In this document: positions 1 to 12,329 of the stretch, piece after piece | Layout of the letters: each line of letters opens with the position of its first letter | Position numbering within the stretch: position 1 is the first letter of the stretch | Source: Octopus bimaculoides | Lineage: Eukaryota | Reading direction: 5' to 3' | Assembly (NCBI RefSeq): GCF_001194135.2 | Contig: NC_069002.1 | Span: 36,458,074 to 36,522,073, forward strand | Length of the DNA stretch: 64,000 bases | Notes under the pieces: generated by a model | What the model was told of the DNA's origin: nothing | Databases searched by the model: none | What the model saw: the letters and a program-made list of their open reading frames with translations, nothing else | Translations under genes and position numbers: made by a program

Positions 1-1007
1 GTATGTTCTCTTGTAAACATTCGTTCGAATGTATGTAAGTCGGTTTTAAACCGTTTTAATAACATGTTATCCTCTGAAACTTGGATTCACAAAGGACGAA
101 GGGTTAGAACATGCTTAGGTGTCTGTTTCCTTGCAGCGAATTTTATTAAATATTGTCAATCAGAAATTGGACGTCTCCTCTAAAATCATAATTTAATTTT
201 TTTTAAAAAGCATTATGTAATGCAGAATACATCATATATTACGCTAAACAAATCGTATGAGTATATTTGACAGAATACAGAAGGAGTCAGACCCAAAGAT
301 TATGCTAACGAAATGTCTTTAAAAAGTAACGATGTATATGTAATTATGACATAATGCGTGCTATTCAAAGAATTACTGTCGACCACTTTAGGCTTTTAAA
401 CCAAGCATTACACAATACTGATATTTATTTTAATAATATCCATTGAGAACGAGCTTTTCCTGGGAACCTAAAGCTTTACCTTTAGTAATAGAAAGCAAGG
501 TATTATTACTGAAAGGGGTTATTAAGTCGAAGACAATCAACCATGTAAAAGAAAACATTAAAAAAAATAATTAGAAAATGGGAAAACTGAGCGATAAAAA
601 AACAAAACAAATATTTGCCATTAACTAAATATTTTAATTAGAAATATTGCATTTCTAAATCTCTCGGAGAGACTTATACAGTAGCAGCATGATAAAGTGA
701 TGGTTTGTTGCCAACTTGAATTGTTTGACAAATACGGGAGATAACTCTGAGGATATTTTCGCTTAATTGAACCTCCTCAGCAAAACAGAACTCAACACAT
801 TTACCAAAGCCTATTGAGGGAATTACAAGAGTGTACAGTTGTTAAAATAGACAAATAGAAACGTTCTGATGAATACAAGTAAACGAGAACATCTTTGCAA
901 TCCTTCAATTTGTTTGAAATAGCATCCAAATTCCCTCAAATCGCAACATCATAAGTGTTACATTGGTACAAAGCTACAACAGAAAAGATAGTCAATTGAA
1001 TATTATT

Positions 1008-2140
1008 CCAAGAGTGGACTGAAAAGTTCATAGGCTGGCTATGAAGGAGTGATGCTAGAACTGTGAAATCTTGCATACATTAATTTCAATGTTTTCCACT
1101 GTTGAAAGCAGTCCTGAGGAACTCTTGTGAAGTGACACCTTTTAAGACCTCCATCATTTTTTCTTCACCTGTTCCACATCGGCAAAACGTTTTCCTTTAA
1201 GGACTGTTTTCATTTGGGGGGACAAAAAAAAGTCACAGGGAGCAAGATCAGGGGGGATGGGTAAGTAGGATCATGCTGTTATTGATCAAAAACTGTGCAG
1301 TGTGCACAGGCAAATTGTCATGAGGAAACCACTACTCTCTACTTTGCCACAGGTTGGGGCATTTTTGTCTCACCGTGTCTCGCAGATGCTTCAGAACTGT
1401 CAAGTAAAATGTCTGCTTAACAGTCTGACCAGAGGGAGCAAATTTTGTGGACAACTCCTTTTGCATCGATGAAACAAATCAGCATCATCTTCACATTGGA
1501 TTTCACTTAATGCACTTTTTTGGGGGTGTGGTGACATCAAATGTTTCCATTGACTTGATTGCAGCTTCATTTCTGGGTTGTAGCCATAGCACCAGCTTTT
1601 GTTACCAGTGATGACCTTTGGAAAAAGGTCGAGATTAACTTCGAAATGTTCTTTCAATTCATGATGTGCATTCATTTGTGATTGATGTTGATCTTCCGTG
1701 AGACACAAATTTTGCTGCAACTCTTTTCATTCACGATTTAAAATTCTTTGGCAGGAGCTCCAGAACACAGCAGTCAAATAAACAAATTCATCAATTGTTT
1801 GGTGACAGTCTTCCAAAAGCAGTTCGTGAATTTTTGAGATGTTTCTATTCATTTGGGAGGTCAGTGGTTGCCCTGAACGAGATCGGTCTTCAAGTGTCAA
1901 GTGACCATTCCTAAAGCATGAGAACCACTCGTAAACTTGGCAGCATCCCTGTAATCTGTTTGGGGCAATGGCACCTGTTTTGGCCACCATTTTTCCCTGG
2001 CAGAAAATAGAATTTCATGGAAGCACAATGTTCCTTTTATTTCAGCCATTTCGAAAATCAACAAACAGGGGAGAAGTACTGCAAAACAATGATGCACTAT
2101 ATGTCAGTATGACTGTACCCAACAATGCCTGAGGGTTACA
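1008..2140 (-). mobile_element. Degenerate mariner (Tc1/mariner) transposon
   Basis: Broken ORFs with VYEWFSCFRNGHLTLEDRSRSGQP (HTH region) and VITGNKSWCYGYNPEMKLQSSQWK (ITGDESW-type motif); frameshifts and stops; second TIR not seen. Confidence 0.88.
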
Positions 2141-3539
2141 TCAAGTGGCTTCTAGTGATGGAAACGTGAAGTACAACAGGAAACATTTGAGGTTACTTTT
2201 CGGTACCCGCTGTGTTTCCTGGATATTCTTTCTGCTTAATATTCCTGAGCATCAGTTTTATATGAAGGTCACTGTCACTTGCTAGTCTTCCTGTGATTCC
2301 AATATTCCTCGTGTCTTCTGTGTACACTTTATTGGATTCCTGTTCATATCTTTTTTGTATATGAAATATGATTATTTCCCAGACAGTGGTAGTCATGTAT
2401 TCTTTTCTTATTTAGCACATCTTCAGTCTTGACTAAGTTTACCTTAAGGCCATTCAATTTCAGGTTTTGTTTCAATGTCGGAAATTTATTCTTCAAATTT
2501 GATAGAGATTTTGCTATATCGCACTACTACACAATGGCTGTGTGAGCTACAAAATCCTCATTGCCACTGTTATATTGCATGTTCGGATGACCTCTACTCA
2601 ACTACTCCGACGTCTAGACTTCTCCCTCTATATCTACGTATTGGGCTAGCCTACTTCATTGTCTGGGGGTGGCAACACAACAGACTTTGTAAAAAGAATA
2701 AAGTCATCTACATTCAGGTGTTCCCAAAGACAACCTGTCTTAAACTCCTGGTGTTTTATACATTCATTAATGCAGTCCAAGATATACTATGGCTTTAAAA
2801 AGAAACGAGGATACACAGCCAGACACGACAGTGTCATCAGATGTAAACCCATGGAAAAAGCAAACATCAAAACAATGAAAATAATGATAATAGTAACAGC
2901 TGGAACACCATTGATTATAAATCTGCTTGGCCTTGGTTGACCTGGAGATGATCAACAGCATTAAATCAAATTTGAATCAATACAAGGTTGTTATACTTCG
3001 TTATTTAATCTGCTTCTGGAACAACAACAACAGTTCATTTAAACAATGGTGGGTTGGCACAATGAGGACTTTTTACTGCATTTTTTGACTTTGAGTAAAA
3101 ATACATCTTTTTACAAATGTTCTCTATGTTACAAAAACTATATCAGCTTTGCAAAGGACCTTCTCTAAATGCATCAAAAATACTATAACATATTCAGAAC
3201 ACAATTTCAGAAAATTATCTCTGTTTTCTTTGAGCATATAAAAGACAAATTTAGACGGGGCAAAATGAGTAAGTCAAGGTAAAATAAATTTGCTTCTTTA
3301 GTTCTCCAGAATTCCATTTGAAAAAGACTCACACAGATCAATATCCAACCTTAGGCATCAGAAAGATTTTTAAAAATGCCACAAAAATCTAAAATATCTT
3401 GGTCAAGTGAAAGAGGACAGTGGGCAAATTATACAAAATTAACAAAAGTCAACTAAATCTAAAAACTTTTTTGATATACCCAAAATCCTTTTGGGTATAT
3501 CAAACTTGAATGTGGCCCTTAAATACTGTCAGCCTCTGT

Positions 3540-4250
3540 CTAATTTTTCTTTCCACTGGGGATTACAGGTGAAAGTGATGAAGAAATTTGGTTTTCCTAA
3601 CTTTTGAACTGTTACCATTGAGTCTTGGTATAGTTTCTGCATCCATCATTGGCCTCCTTTGAATGTTGGAGGTATGATTACTTTTTTGCTAATATCTGAG
3701 CAATGAGAATACATGTGATCGTGAATATTTTGATAAATTTATGTGCTGATTTTTTTGTTGGATTATACTGAATCCACTGTAATGTTGCTTCTTCATTCTT
3801 GAAATATATATCACAGTAATATTCCTGAGCTAAACAACCTGAGTTGTGAAAGAAATGGAAATCATGTTCTCGAACTATGAGCCTGTATTTGTAAAAGTCC
3901 ATCTGTGATATTTTATGACTCTTAACTCCAACATCAAAAGTTGATTCTATTCCCCAATCACCAAATGGAAGTAGCAGAAATGGTACTGCAGTGGATCAGA
4001 AATTTGGATGCACCGAATCGATTGTTGGAAGGAGTGATTCACCAGGAACGCATCGTTTATGCAATGTCAGAAGTCTTTGTGGTTGTACTGTTTCCAAACA
4101 TCTGGCATAATTACTGCAACATCTTCTGAAATAACCATTGAGAACTCTTGTGCATTAATAGCACCTAAATATTCTACACTGTTATTTTGCTGAGGTGGTT
4201 GGGACTTTTTAAGAACCTCAAATTGCCAGAAGTTCCGGTCCTTTATCATT
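3540..4250 (-). mobile_element. Helitron Rep-domain fragment (degenerate)
   Basis: MDFYKYRLIVREHDF...AQEYYCDIYFKNEEATLQWI then KVIIPPTFKGG..MQKLYQDSMVTVQKLGKPNFFITFTCNPQWKE, matching Helitron VILPSSFxGGPR..YQDAM..GKPDLFITFTCNPxW. Confidence 0.88.
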
Positions 4251-4497
4251 TCTTAAGCCCAGAGTCCTAAGGTCAGCCTTCACTACATCATCCCAGGTCT
4301 TCCAGTAAGGTATGGTTTAAGAGAGATTTGGTGCCATTTCTAGCAGGTTGACCGACCATACAGAGGTCCTACTCGTTGACAATGTGTGTATGCTGGATCA
4401 GAACTGATGTACGCATTTGAAATTTTTAAAACTATGTTAATAGAACGTGCATTTATAAATCAATGAAAAAATTATGCCTAAATACTGCCGATAAATT

Positions 4498-4536
<39 letters not shown>

Positions 4537-4967
4537 TTGTTATTATATGTGTGTGTGTATGTGCATCTGTGTTTGTCCCCCCACCCCAGCATCGCTTGAC
4601 AACCGATGCTGGTGTGTTTACGTCCCCGTAATCTAGCGGTTCAGCAAAAGAGAGAACCGATAGAATAAGTACTAGGCTTACAAAGAATAAGTCCTGGAGG
4701 TCGATTTGCTCAACTAAAGGCGGTGCTACAGCATGGCCGCAGTCAAATGACTGAAATAAGTAAAAGAGTATAAGCTGTAATAATCGTTTCCAACGCAAGT
4801 ACAGAGATTTAATTCTTTATTAGGCAGAAAGGCCCGAATGCAAGTACAAACCCTAACCCTAACCATAAACTATTGTTTTTTTTATTTTCACTATTCTTTT
4901 ACAGGGACAAAATGAGGGGTGCTTAACCTAGTGGCTTATAGCAGACCCCCCAAAATAATGCTTGACA

Positions 4968-5308
4968 GGTTGTTGTTGTTGTTGGCACTCCGTCGCTTAC
5001 GACGACGAGGGTTCCATTCGATCCGATCAACGGAACAGCCTGCTCGTGAAATTAACGTGCAAGTGGCGGAGCACCCCACAGACACGTGTACCCTTAACGT
5101 AGTTTTAGGGGAGATTCAGCGTGACACATAGTGTGACAAGGCTGACCCTTTGAATTACAGGCACAACAGAAACAGGAAGAAAGAGTGAGAGAAAGTTGTG
5201 GTGAAATAGTACAGCAGGGTTCGCCACCATCCCCTGCCGGAGCCTCGTGGAGCCTTAGGTGTTTTCACTCAATAAACACTTCACAACGGCTTGTCTGGGA
5301 ATCGAAAC
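4968..5308 (-). mobile_element. tRNA-derived SINE (family C), head cut by gap
   Basis: Same sequence as 43432-43819; (CAA)n tail. Confidence 0.8.
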
Positions 5309-6059
5309 NNNNNNNNNNNNNNNNNNNNNNNNNNNNNNNNNNNNNNNNNNNNNNNNNNNNNNNNNNNNNNNNNNNNNNNNNNNNNNNNNNNNNNNNNNNN
5401 NNNNNNNNNNNNNNNNNNNNNNNNNNNNNNNNNNNNNNNNNNNNNNNNNNNNNNNNNNNNNNNNNNNNNNNNNNNNNNNNNNNNNNNNNNNNNNNNNNNN
5501 NNNNNNNNNNNNNNNNNNNNNNNNNNNNNNNNNNNNNNNNNNNNNNNNNNNNNNTATATATATATATATATATATTAGGGATAAAATCCAAAATTACAGG
5601 TAAAAACTCAATTAAAATCAATTTATTAAAACTTAAAATTTATATATATATATATTCCAGCTTTAAATAATAGGAATTTGTTGGTTCATTATTATTTATA
5701 CGAAAATAATAGTTGTGAATAACCAATCATACTGAATTTTGTTTTTCTTTTCATTTCCCAAATATATTTTCTTCGAAGAAGTCAACACTAAAAAGAAAGT
5801 CGTTTTCATTTGATTCTCTTATCAAATAATTTTCAGCAATCCAGAATTACATACGAATAATGTTCCATTGCAGTTGGACACGTCGATGTCGAAGATGTCA
5901 TTGTAATTAAGTAATTATTTGGTGTCTTTACTGCTTTGCTGGAAAAAGTAGGTTGTGTGGAATTAGAATTTGGTTTTGTGTGAGATGGTGGTGGCCGTGT
6001 TGACAGAATTCCTCCTACATGTAGCAGTCGACTTGATTTAAGAGTGACACGCATTGATT

Positions 6060-6190
6060 ATGGATCAGCAAGATAATAACATGAGCGGATTTAAAGAAAA
6101 CAACATTTATAAGAACCTCTGGAAGCTGCTGGTGTCTCCCAAAGTGTTGACTGGAGTCTTGCATTCTCAGAACAGGAATGCTTCAGACTG
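6060..6190 (+). CDS. WDR11: WDR11 exon 1
   Basis: ATG 6060 (alternative ATG 6081); MDQQDNNMSGFKENNIYKNLWKLLVSPKVLTGVLHSQNRNASD-TG|gtgggt; resembles human VSARTLTGALNAHNKAAVDW. Confidence 0.85.
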
Positions 6191-6939
6191 GTGGGTGTTT
6201 CTCGTCTGCTATACTTTGAAATTACCAACTAAAATAATATGTTTTCTCTTTTTATTCCTCTTGTCTATTCAAAAAGCATTATTTTGAGGAATTCACAAAA
6301 CCATTCTGTAATTTGTGTTGTGTTCCACTTGTTGTTTCGCTCCGTTCGAACAGGTATGTAATGAAAATCATTCCAGCTATGACCACCTCGTATTGTTTTC
6401 AAACAATAAATACATCCCAGGTTATATATTATTTCAACATGTTCTTCTTTTTGCAAGACGGTAGGGTGTGTAATTTGGTTACTATTTTTAACAGGTCGAG
6501 CAACCACTGTTGTTATGGCAAGAAGTGCAACGAAGTGGCAAACATGTTAGAAACGTAATTATGTCCTTCTGGAATTGCCAAAATAAGATCCTTGGTGTTG
6601 TTTAGCCCCAGGTCAATCCAGATCCTGCAAACCTATTATCAGAAACCCCCAAATCATCAAATCTTTTTAGGGTATTTTGGGACAACATATTACGTGTTCT
6701 CGTTTTCTTTCTGTTTACGTCTTGGATGCATTAAAGGAATCAACTCCAGTGCTTGACTGGTACTTTATTTTATCGACCCTCTGTTCTTTTAAAATAATAT
6801 GGTGTTATTTGAGTGAGATTTAACTGCTATTTCTAGCTGCTTTGTAACGTATTGCACCATATTCAATCGAGATCTGTCCATTTTTAAATTTATGGCCTTA
6901 TGCTAGTTTTAGAAATGATCGTTCTAATTATTATTATTA

Positions 6940-7640
6940 TTAAGCACACTGGACGAAGTGCTTATCGTTATTTCGCCCGTCGCTATGTTCTGAGTTCAAA
7001 TTCTGCCGAAGTCGACTTTGCCTTTCATCCATCCGGGGATCGATAGAATAAGTACCATTTGAACATTGGAATCGATGTAATCGATTTATCCCCTTCCCCC
7101 CAAATTTGCTGCCCTTGTGGCAAAATTTGAAACCATTATTATTATTATTATTAAGGCGGCGAGCTGGCAGAAGCGTTAGCGCGCAGGACGAAATGCTTAA
7201 CAGTATTTCGCCCGTCGCTGCGGTCTGAGTTCAAATTCTGCCAAGGTCGACTTTGCTTTTCATCCTTTCGGGGTCGATGAATTAAGTACCAGTGGAACAC
7301 TGAGATCGATGTAATCGACTATTCCCCTTCCCCCAAATTCCAGGCCTTGTGCCTATTGTAGAAAGGATTATTATTGTTGTTGTTGTTGTTGTTATTCTGT
7401 GCACCTCCTCTTTTTTTTTCTGTAATTTGTCCCTACAATGTCCCCCTCTCCTGTCACTCTTGTGGTAGGATTGGCAGAATTAGAGCGTTGAGAAAATGCT
7501 TTGCTATATTTGTTCCACTTCTTTACGATCTGGTTTCAAATCCTGTCGATGTCAACTTCTTCATTTTTTTCAGGGTCGATAAAATAAAGTACTAGTCAAC
7601 TACTTGGGATCGATGGTATCAAATAAACTCCTCCCCTCAG
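6940..7640 (+). mobile_element. Three adjacent copies of SINE family B (ggcggcgagctggcagaa...gagttcaaattc...)
   Basis: About 200-bp unit ending in (ATT)n; other copies at 28117-28556 (two), 33270-33475, 34080-34235, 54960-55165 (-) and 61035-61250. Confidence 0.85.
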
Positions 7641-8410
7641 GACTGCTTGGCTTTATTATTTCCGTGTGCCCCCCCCCCCTCTTCATTTTTTCTTCTTTTA
7701 TCAACCTTGTGATAGAGGTGGTGAAACGTTATATCACGTGGCTCTTTATGTTCTAAATTCAACACTTCTCAACTACATCGGGTGATATATGTTATGTTAC
7801 TAGTCAAGTACTAAGGTCAGCGGTATTGATTTATCTATTTCTCTCGAAATTGCTGGCTTTCTACATAAAATAGAAATAATTAAGGGCCACGGATGGACAG
7901 AATATAGAGCAGTGGGGAAAATACCTGTCTATTTGTTTCAGCTCTTTTAAGTTCTGAGTTCAAATCCTAGAGACTGGCTCTGCCTTTTATCCCTCCTGAG
8001 TTGATAAAATAAAGTCAAGGACAGGGGTTGACGGTATTAACAACCCCGCCTCAGAATGTTTGGCCTTATGCTTAAATTAGAAATCTTTATTAAGGTGGTG
8101 GAGCTGGTCGAACGAATAGAAGGCTGGAAAAATTGTCTTGCCGTATTTTGTTCTGGCTCTTTGTGATCTGTCCTCAATGCTGAGGTCAATTTTGTCTTTA
8201 TGGAGCTGTCAGCATCCTTCCACATCACATGACCAAACTATCTCTGTCTTCTCTCTTGCACACAGCAACTCATTCCTCCTCTTGTGCCTAATTTCTCTCA
8301 AAATACATTAACACTCTGTCAAACGTGCACACTCACATTTATATATTTGTAGTTTTTTCTTCTGCAGTGTTTTTGTAAGTAATTTTAATCTAACTTTGTT
8401 TGGTTTTCAG

Positions 8411-8480
8411 GGGTTGGCAAGGCTTCTTGGCACATGCCTGCCACAGTTTTATAACCATTATTGATCCCCGCACTGTGCAA
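8411..8480 (+). CDS. WDR11: WDR11 exon 2
   Basis: ttttcag|G (W)GWQGFLAHACHSFITIIDPRTVQ|gtaagt. Confidence 0.95.
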
Positions 8481-8839
8481 GTAAGTGAGTTCATTCTTTA
8501 CTGATATACATACATACATGCATACATACATACATGCATACATACATGCATACATGCATATATACATTCAATAAAATAGAAGTAAAATTTTAAAATTTAT
8601 TCTTTCTGTGCAGCTTAGGACCAAAAGATCCCTGCTTGGTACTGGTCCCTGACCTGATGATGCTTGCAATCTGCTTTACACGATATTTTGCTTTGAAGTT
8701 CTCATCAAAATTTTCCTATTCCATCTTCTTTTATATCCTTCATTTATTTGTCTCTTCTCAGCAAACTGTTACAAGTTGTAGGAAACGTTAAACCTTTGTT
8801 TTAGTTAATTCAATTAATATTTTTTTTTTTTGTTTTCAG

Positions 8840-8881
8840 GTTTTTCAAGTCTTAGAAAAACACAAGAGTAACGTGGTCAAG
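8840..8881 (+). CDS. WDR11: WDR11 exon 3
   Basis: ttttcag|VFQVLEKHKSNVVK|gtaaag. Confidence 0.95.
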
Positions 8882-9544
8882 GTAAAGATCTGTAATATTA
8901 TTACGCTTGTCATGACATGTACCTTAAACAACTTCACCAAATAAAATGAAACCCTTTTATATAAATTAGTCGTGTCCATAGTCCTTTTATTCATAGAAGG
9001 GCATCCAGCTGTAGAAACTCTGCCAAATCAGACTGGAGCCTGGTGTAGCCATCTGGTTTCACCAGTCCTCAGTCAAATCGTCCAACCCATGCTAGCATGG
9101 AAAGCGGACGTTAAACGATGATGATGATGATGATGATGTGTGTCTGCTATGAAGGGAGGGGGAAATTAAGCAACAACAATAATACAACAAGCAAAGGCAT
9201 ATATGGTTGTTCAAGTTGCTAGAAATTACAGTCAAACATCTCTCATGTCACACTTTATTGTATGTATTATAGATGATTCTTTTGATATGGATATCTGGTG
9301 TGAACAGATGACATACTTTGATAACAACAAAGTATCGTGAATTGTTTTGTGAGAATATCTGTGTTAGTTGACAGACTGAAGGGGCTGGAACGAAATACTC
9401 ATCACATTCTCTTTCCTAAAACAAAATGCATATCTTGAATGCATCTGTCAATGTGGATGTGCCAACATGTATACAAACTTGTACATAGTGATTCTTTCAT
9501 CACTCCAGTCATAAGGAAAGGTCATTTTTTTTTTTGTCAATACT

Positions 9545-9710
9545 ACTACACTCTCTGAGTGGTTGGCGTTAGGAAGGGCATCCAGCTGTAGAAACTCTGC
9601 CAAATTTAGATTGGAGCCTGGTGTTGCCATCCGGTTTCACCAGTCCTCAGTCAAATCGTCCAACCCATGCTAGCATGGAAAGTGGACGTTAAACGATGAT
9701 GATGATGATG
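9545..9710 (+). mobile_element. Young RTE-type 3'-end repeat with (GAT)n tail
   Basis: Near-identical copies at 8996-9137 (+), 18955-19075 (+), 15898-16320 (-) and 32468-32515 (-); older copies at 12360-12570, 15040-15300, 29655-29960 and 40640-40860. Confidence 0.75.
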
Positions 9711-9961
9711 ACTGCCAGAATAAGACCAAAATATGTCTGAGGTTTTTCTGTACTTACTTGAAAAATGAAAATAGTAATAGCCATTGGTTAATATGAACTT
9801 TTTCCAACCACATAATTTTTAGTTTGGTTTGCACCACTCTGAGTATTAACTGTATTAAGATTAATTTACTGGCTGCTACATGTTCTGCAGCCTTTTTCAA
9901 CCCCATGTGCTTGTCTGCTTTTATTGTTTGTGAAAAAAATAAAGTAAATATTTTTCTTTAG

Positions 9962-10115
9962 GTTAAATGGGCCCGACAGAACTATCACCATGACACTGCC
10001 AGCCCATATACTCTCCAACTCGCTTCTGCTGATGCATCAGGTACAATCATGCTGTGGGATGTTGTCACTGGTGAAGTTAAATCAGAGTTTTCAGATGGTA
10101 ACAAGACAATCCAAG
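9962..10115 (+). CDS. WDR11: WDR11 exon 4
   Basis: ctttag|VKWARQNYHHDTASPYTLQLASADASGTIMLWDVVTGEVKSEFSDGNKTIQ-G|gtgtga. Confidence 0.95.
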
Positions 10116-10161
10116 GTGTGACAATTTTGTTTTATTTGATTCTCTTTAAAATAAAAATGCT

Positions 10162-10390
10162 TTAACCCTTTCGTTACTGTATTTATTTTGAAATGCTCTG
10201 TGTATTTTTCAGTTACTTTAAATATAAGAAAGAATTTAGTAAAATAACTTCGTTATCATTAAGCTAGTGTTATGAACATAAATTGTGACTAAGGTTTGAT
10301 GGAAGATCTTAATTCAAAGCTTATAAAAACAAGACATTTGGACTACAGAGCCAGAAGCAGTTTCAGCTGGGTTGGTATCAAAAGGGTTAA
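10162..10390. mobile_element. piggyBac-like MITE (221 bp)
   Basis: TTAA|CCCTTTCGTTAC ... GTATCAAAAGGG|TTAA. Confidence 0.8.
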
Positions 10391-10799
10391 GACTATAGAA
10401 TTCTCATTTAATTGTCATTGTTTTTGATGTATACGTTTTTTCCTAAGACTTAAAAAAATCATTTGGATATTATTGACCATTTTTGACAAAAAGTTATTGT
10501 TGCAGGGCTGGCTGCTCATCTCTGCAACAACGTTTTCAGGGATGGCTGTTCATAGAAACAGACTTACATTTGAAGGAAAATTAATCCTATTAATGATTCA
10601 TTTTCTACTTGTGTGTGTGTGATGCTGATACAGTTAGCACAGACATTTGCCAGCCAAACTAAAGATGTTCTAGTACCTTGTTCCATGTCACACACACTTT
10701 TTAGGTTCAACTGTCTTTGTTGTGGCTGTTCTTTTGTAGTCAGTAGTAGTATTGGATATTTTGATATCTGAAGTAGATTGACTGTCCCGTTTCAGGTTT

Positions 10800-11150
10800 A
10801 ACTCATTAGAATGAATCTTTCAACGAGACTCTGCTTTGGTACAGGACACCATATGAAGATGCTGATTTTTTCCACTCCCTGACATATTCTGTATGCTGTG
10901 GTAGAAGTAGAGGCTACTGCATTCATATCGGAAGAGAATAAACTGTAGATGCCAATTGCAGGCAATGATATTTTCCAACCTGTGGCATTTGAGACATTTG
11001 GAAGAGCTGGGCTGCTAGCTACAAAATTTTTTACATCTTTGGTGTTATGTCCAATTGAAGCCGCCTGGTGAGGGCAGATGTTTGTTCCAGTATCTCATCT
11101 TCATGTTGGTTCAGGATTATACATCAGTTATCTTAGGTTGCTTCCGTTAA
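10800..11150 (+). mobile_element. Degenerate CRE-like non-LTR element, RLE-domain C-terminus
   Basis: IFQPVAFETFGRAG..KFF then CLFQYL...SVILG resemble the FxPxAxETxG...FQRLS...ILG end of CRE-type ORFs; contains stops and a frameshift. Confidence 0.45.
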
Positions 11151-11518
11151 TACAGCACAAGAACTCAGATGGATTTGAAAATGTTTACCGAATGTTTGGA
11201 TGCAAATATTGAAGCCCGTATGTAGAAGGTCCTTTGGGTATTGATTTGACCAGCTGTGACTCATATCAGTTTCTTAGCTTTGAAGAATTCTTCAAGAATA
11301 CAGATACTATATTAAGTAATATACACTTCTATATCAGGCAGTTTGAAATGTAAATTATACCATTTTAATGAACCTTATTTAAGGTTTAGCATTTAATTGT
11401 TTTTAACTGTTTTTAAATTCATGATTAAAAAAGACGGAAAGAATATTGAAGATTTGTTTAAGTTATTCAATGTCTGTGATTTGAATATTATTTTGATAGA
11501 AGAATTTAATCCTTGTAG

Positions 11519-11692
11519 ATATGGAGTGGCTATCATGTCAGGACACAAACCATAGTTACTTAGTGGCTCTACACCCTCCTTATTCTTTGGTGTTGTGGAA
11601 TGCAGAGACTGGAAATAAAATTTGGAAGAAATCGTACACAGAATCGCTTGTCTCATTTGTGTTTGATCCATTTGAAACGAAGAACATTACTT
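11519..11692 (+). CDS. WDR11: WDR11 exon 5
   Basis: ttgtag|(D)MEWLSCQDTNHSYLVALHPPYSLVLWNAETGNKIWKKSYTESLVSFVFDPFETKNIT-T|gtaagt. Confidence 0.95.
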
Positions 11693-12227
11693 GTAAGTTA
11701 TGCTTGTTGTTCCTGCTATTGTTATCCCTCATTCTGTTATTTGTGCCAAGTATTATTAATATTAATGCTTGTAACTGCTAACGTTTTGTGCCAAAATTTG
11801 AAACTGTTATTAAAGCAAAGATAAAAATTATTTGAATAACTTAAAAACCATTATAAGAAATACAGTTATTGTATTCCTTATTTTTATGAAACTCATTTTG
11901 CTTTTACGTTTGTTTTGCAAGATTCTTGATGTGATATCGTGTGTTGAAACAGATATCGTTATATTTCAGGATAGTCATATAGTGCCAATTAAACACATGT
12001 GCCATGTATTTGGTCTTCACTTCAGCTTTAGTAGTTTAGTCAAAGTTCTTTCAGCAAACACCCTGTGACCTCTTCAGCAACTTTCTATCCCACATGTCTC
12101 TTTTTGTTCTGTTTATTCCATTTCCTCTTTCTGTGGTGAATATTTTGCTTCTTTTTTTTTTCTCCTTTTTATAACATCCCTATTGCCACTTTTATTCAAT
12201 GTTGAAATGCTTTTCTCATATTTTCAG

Positions 12228-12329
12228 TTCTGGGTCAGGATTGTATCATATTTGTGGATGACTTCTCTGTGAATAAACTCCCATCTAGTAATGGGAAGAA
12301 GTTTTACATTTCCAGTCCTTCGGCACAAG
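12228..12329 (+). CDS. WDR11: WDR11 exon 6
   Basis: ttttcag|(F)LGQDCIIFVDDFSVNKLPSSNGKKFYISSPSAQ-G|gtaagc. Confidence 0.95.

Noticed and set aside
2740-2930. Minus-strand hydrophobic frame QPRPSRFIINGVPAVTIIIIFIVLMFAFSMGLHL... after a cag
   Set aside because: No partner exon or family recognised. It lies between TE remnants and may be decayed Helitron sequence, which I could not confirm either.
4849-4864. (CCCTAA)-like telomeric motif
   Set aside because: Only about 2.5 copies; expected by chance or from a TE end
5185-5670. Long ORFs across N runs (also 21742-22624 and 51866-52394)
   Set aside because: Artefacts of translating Ns; only the Merlin flanks carry real motifs
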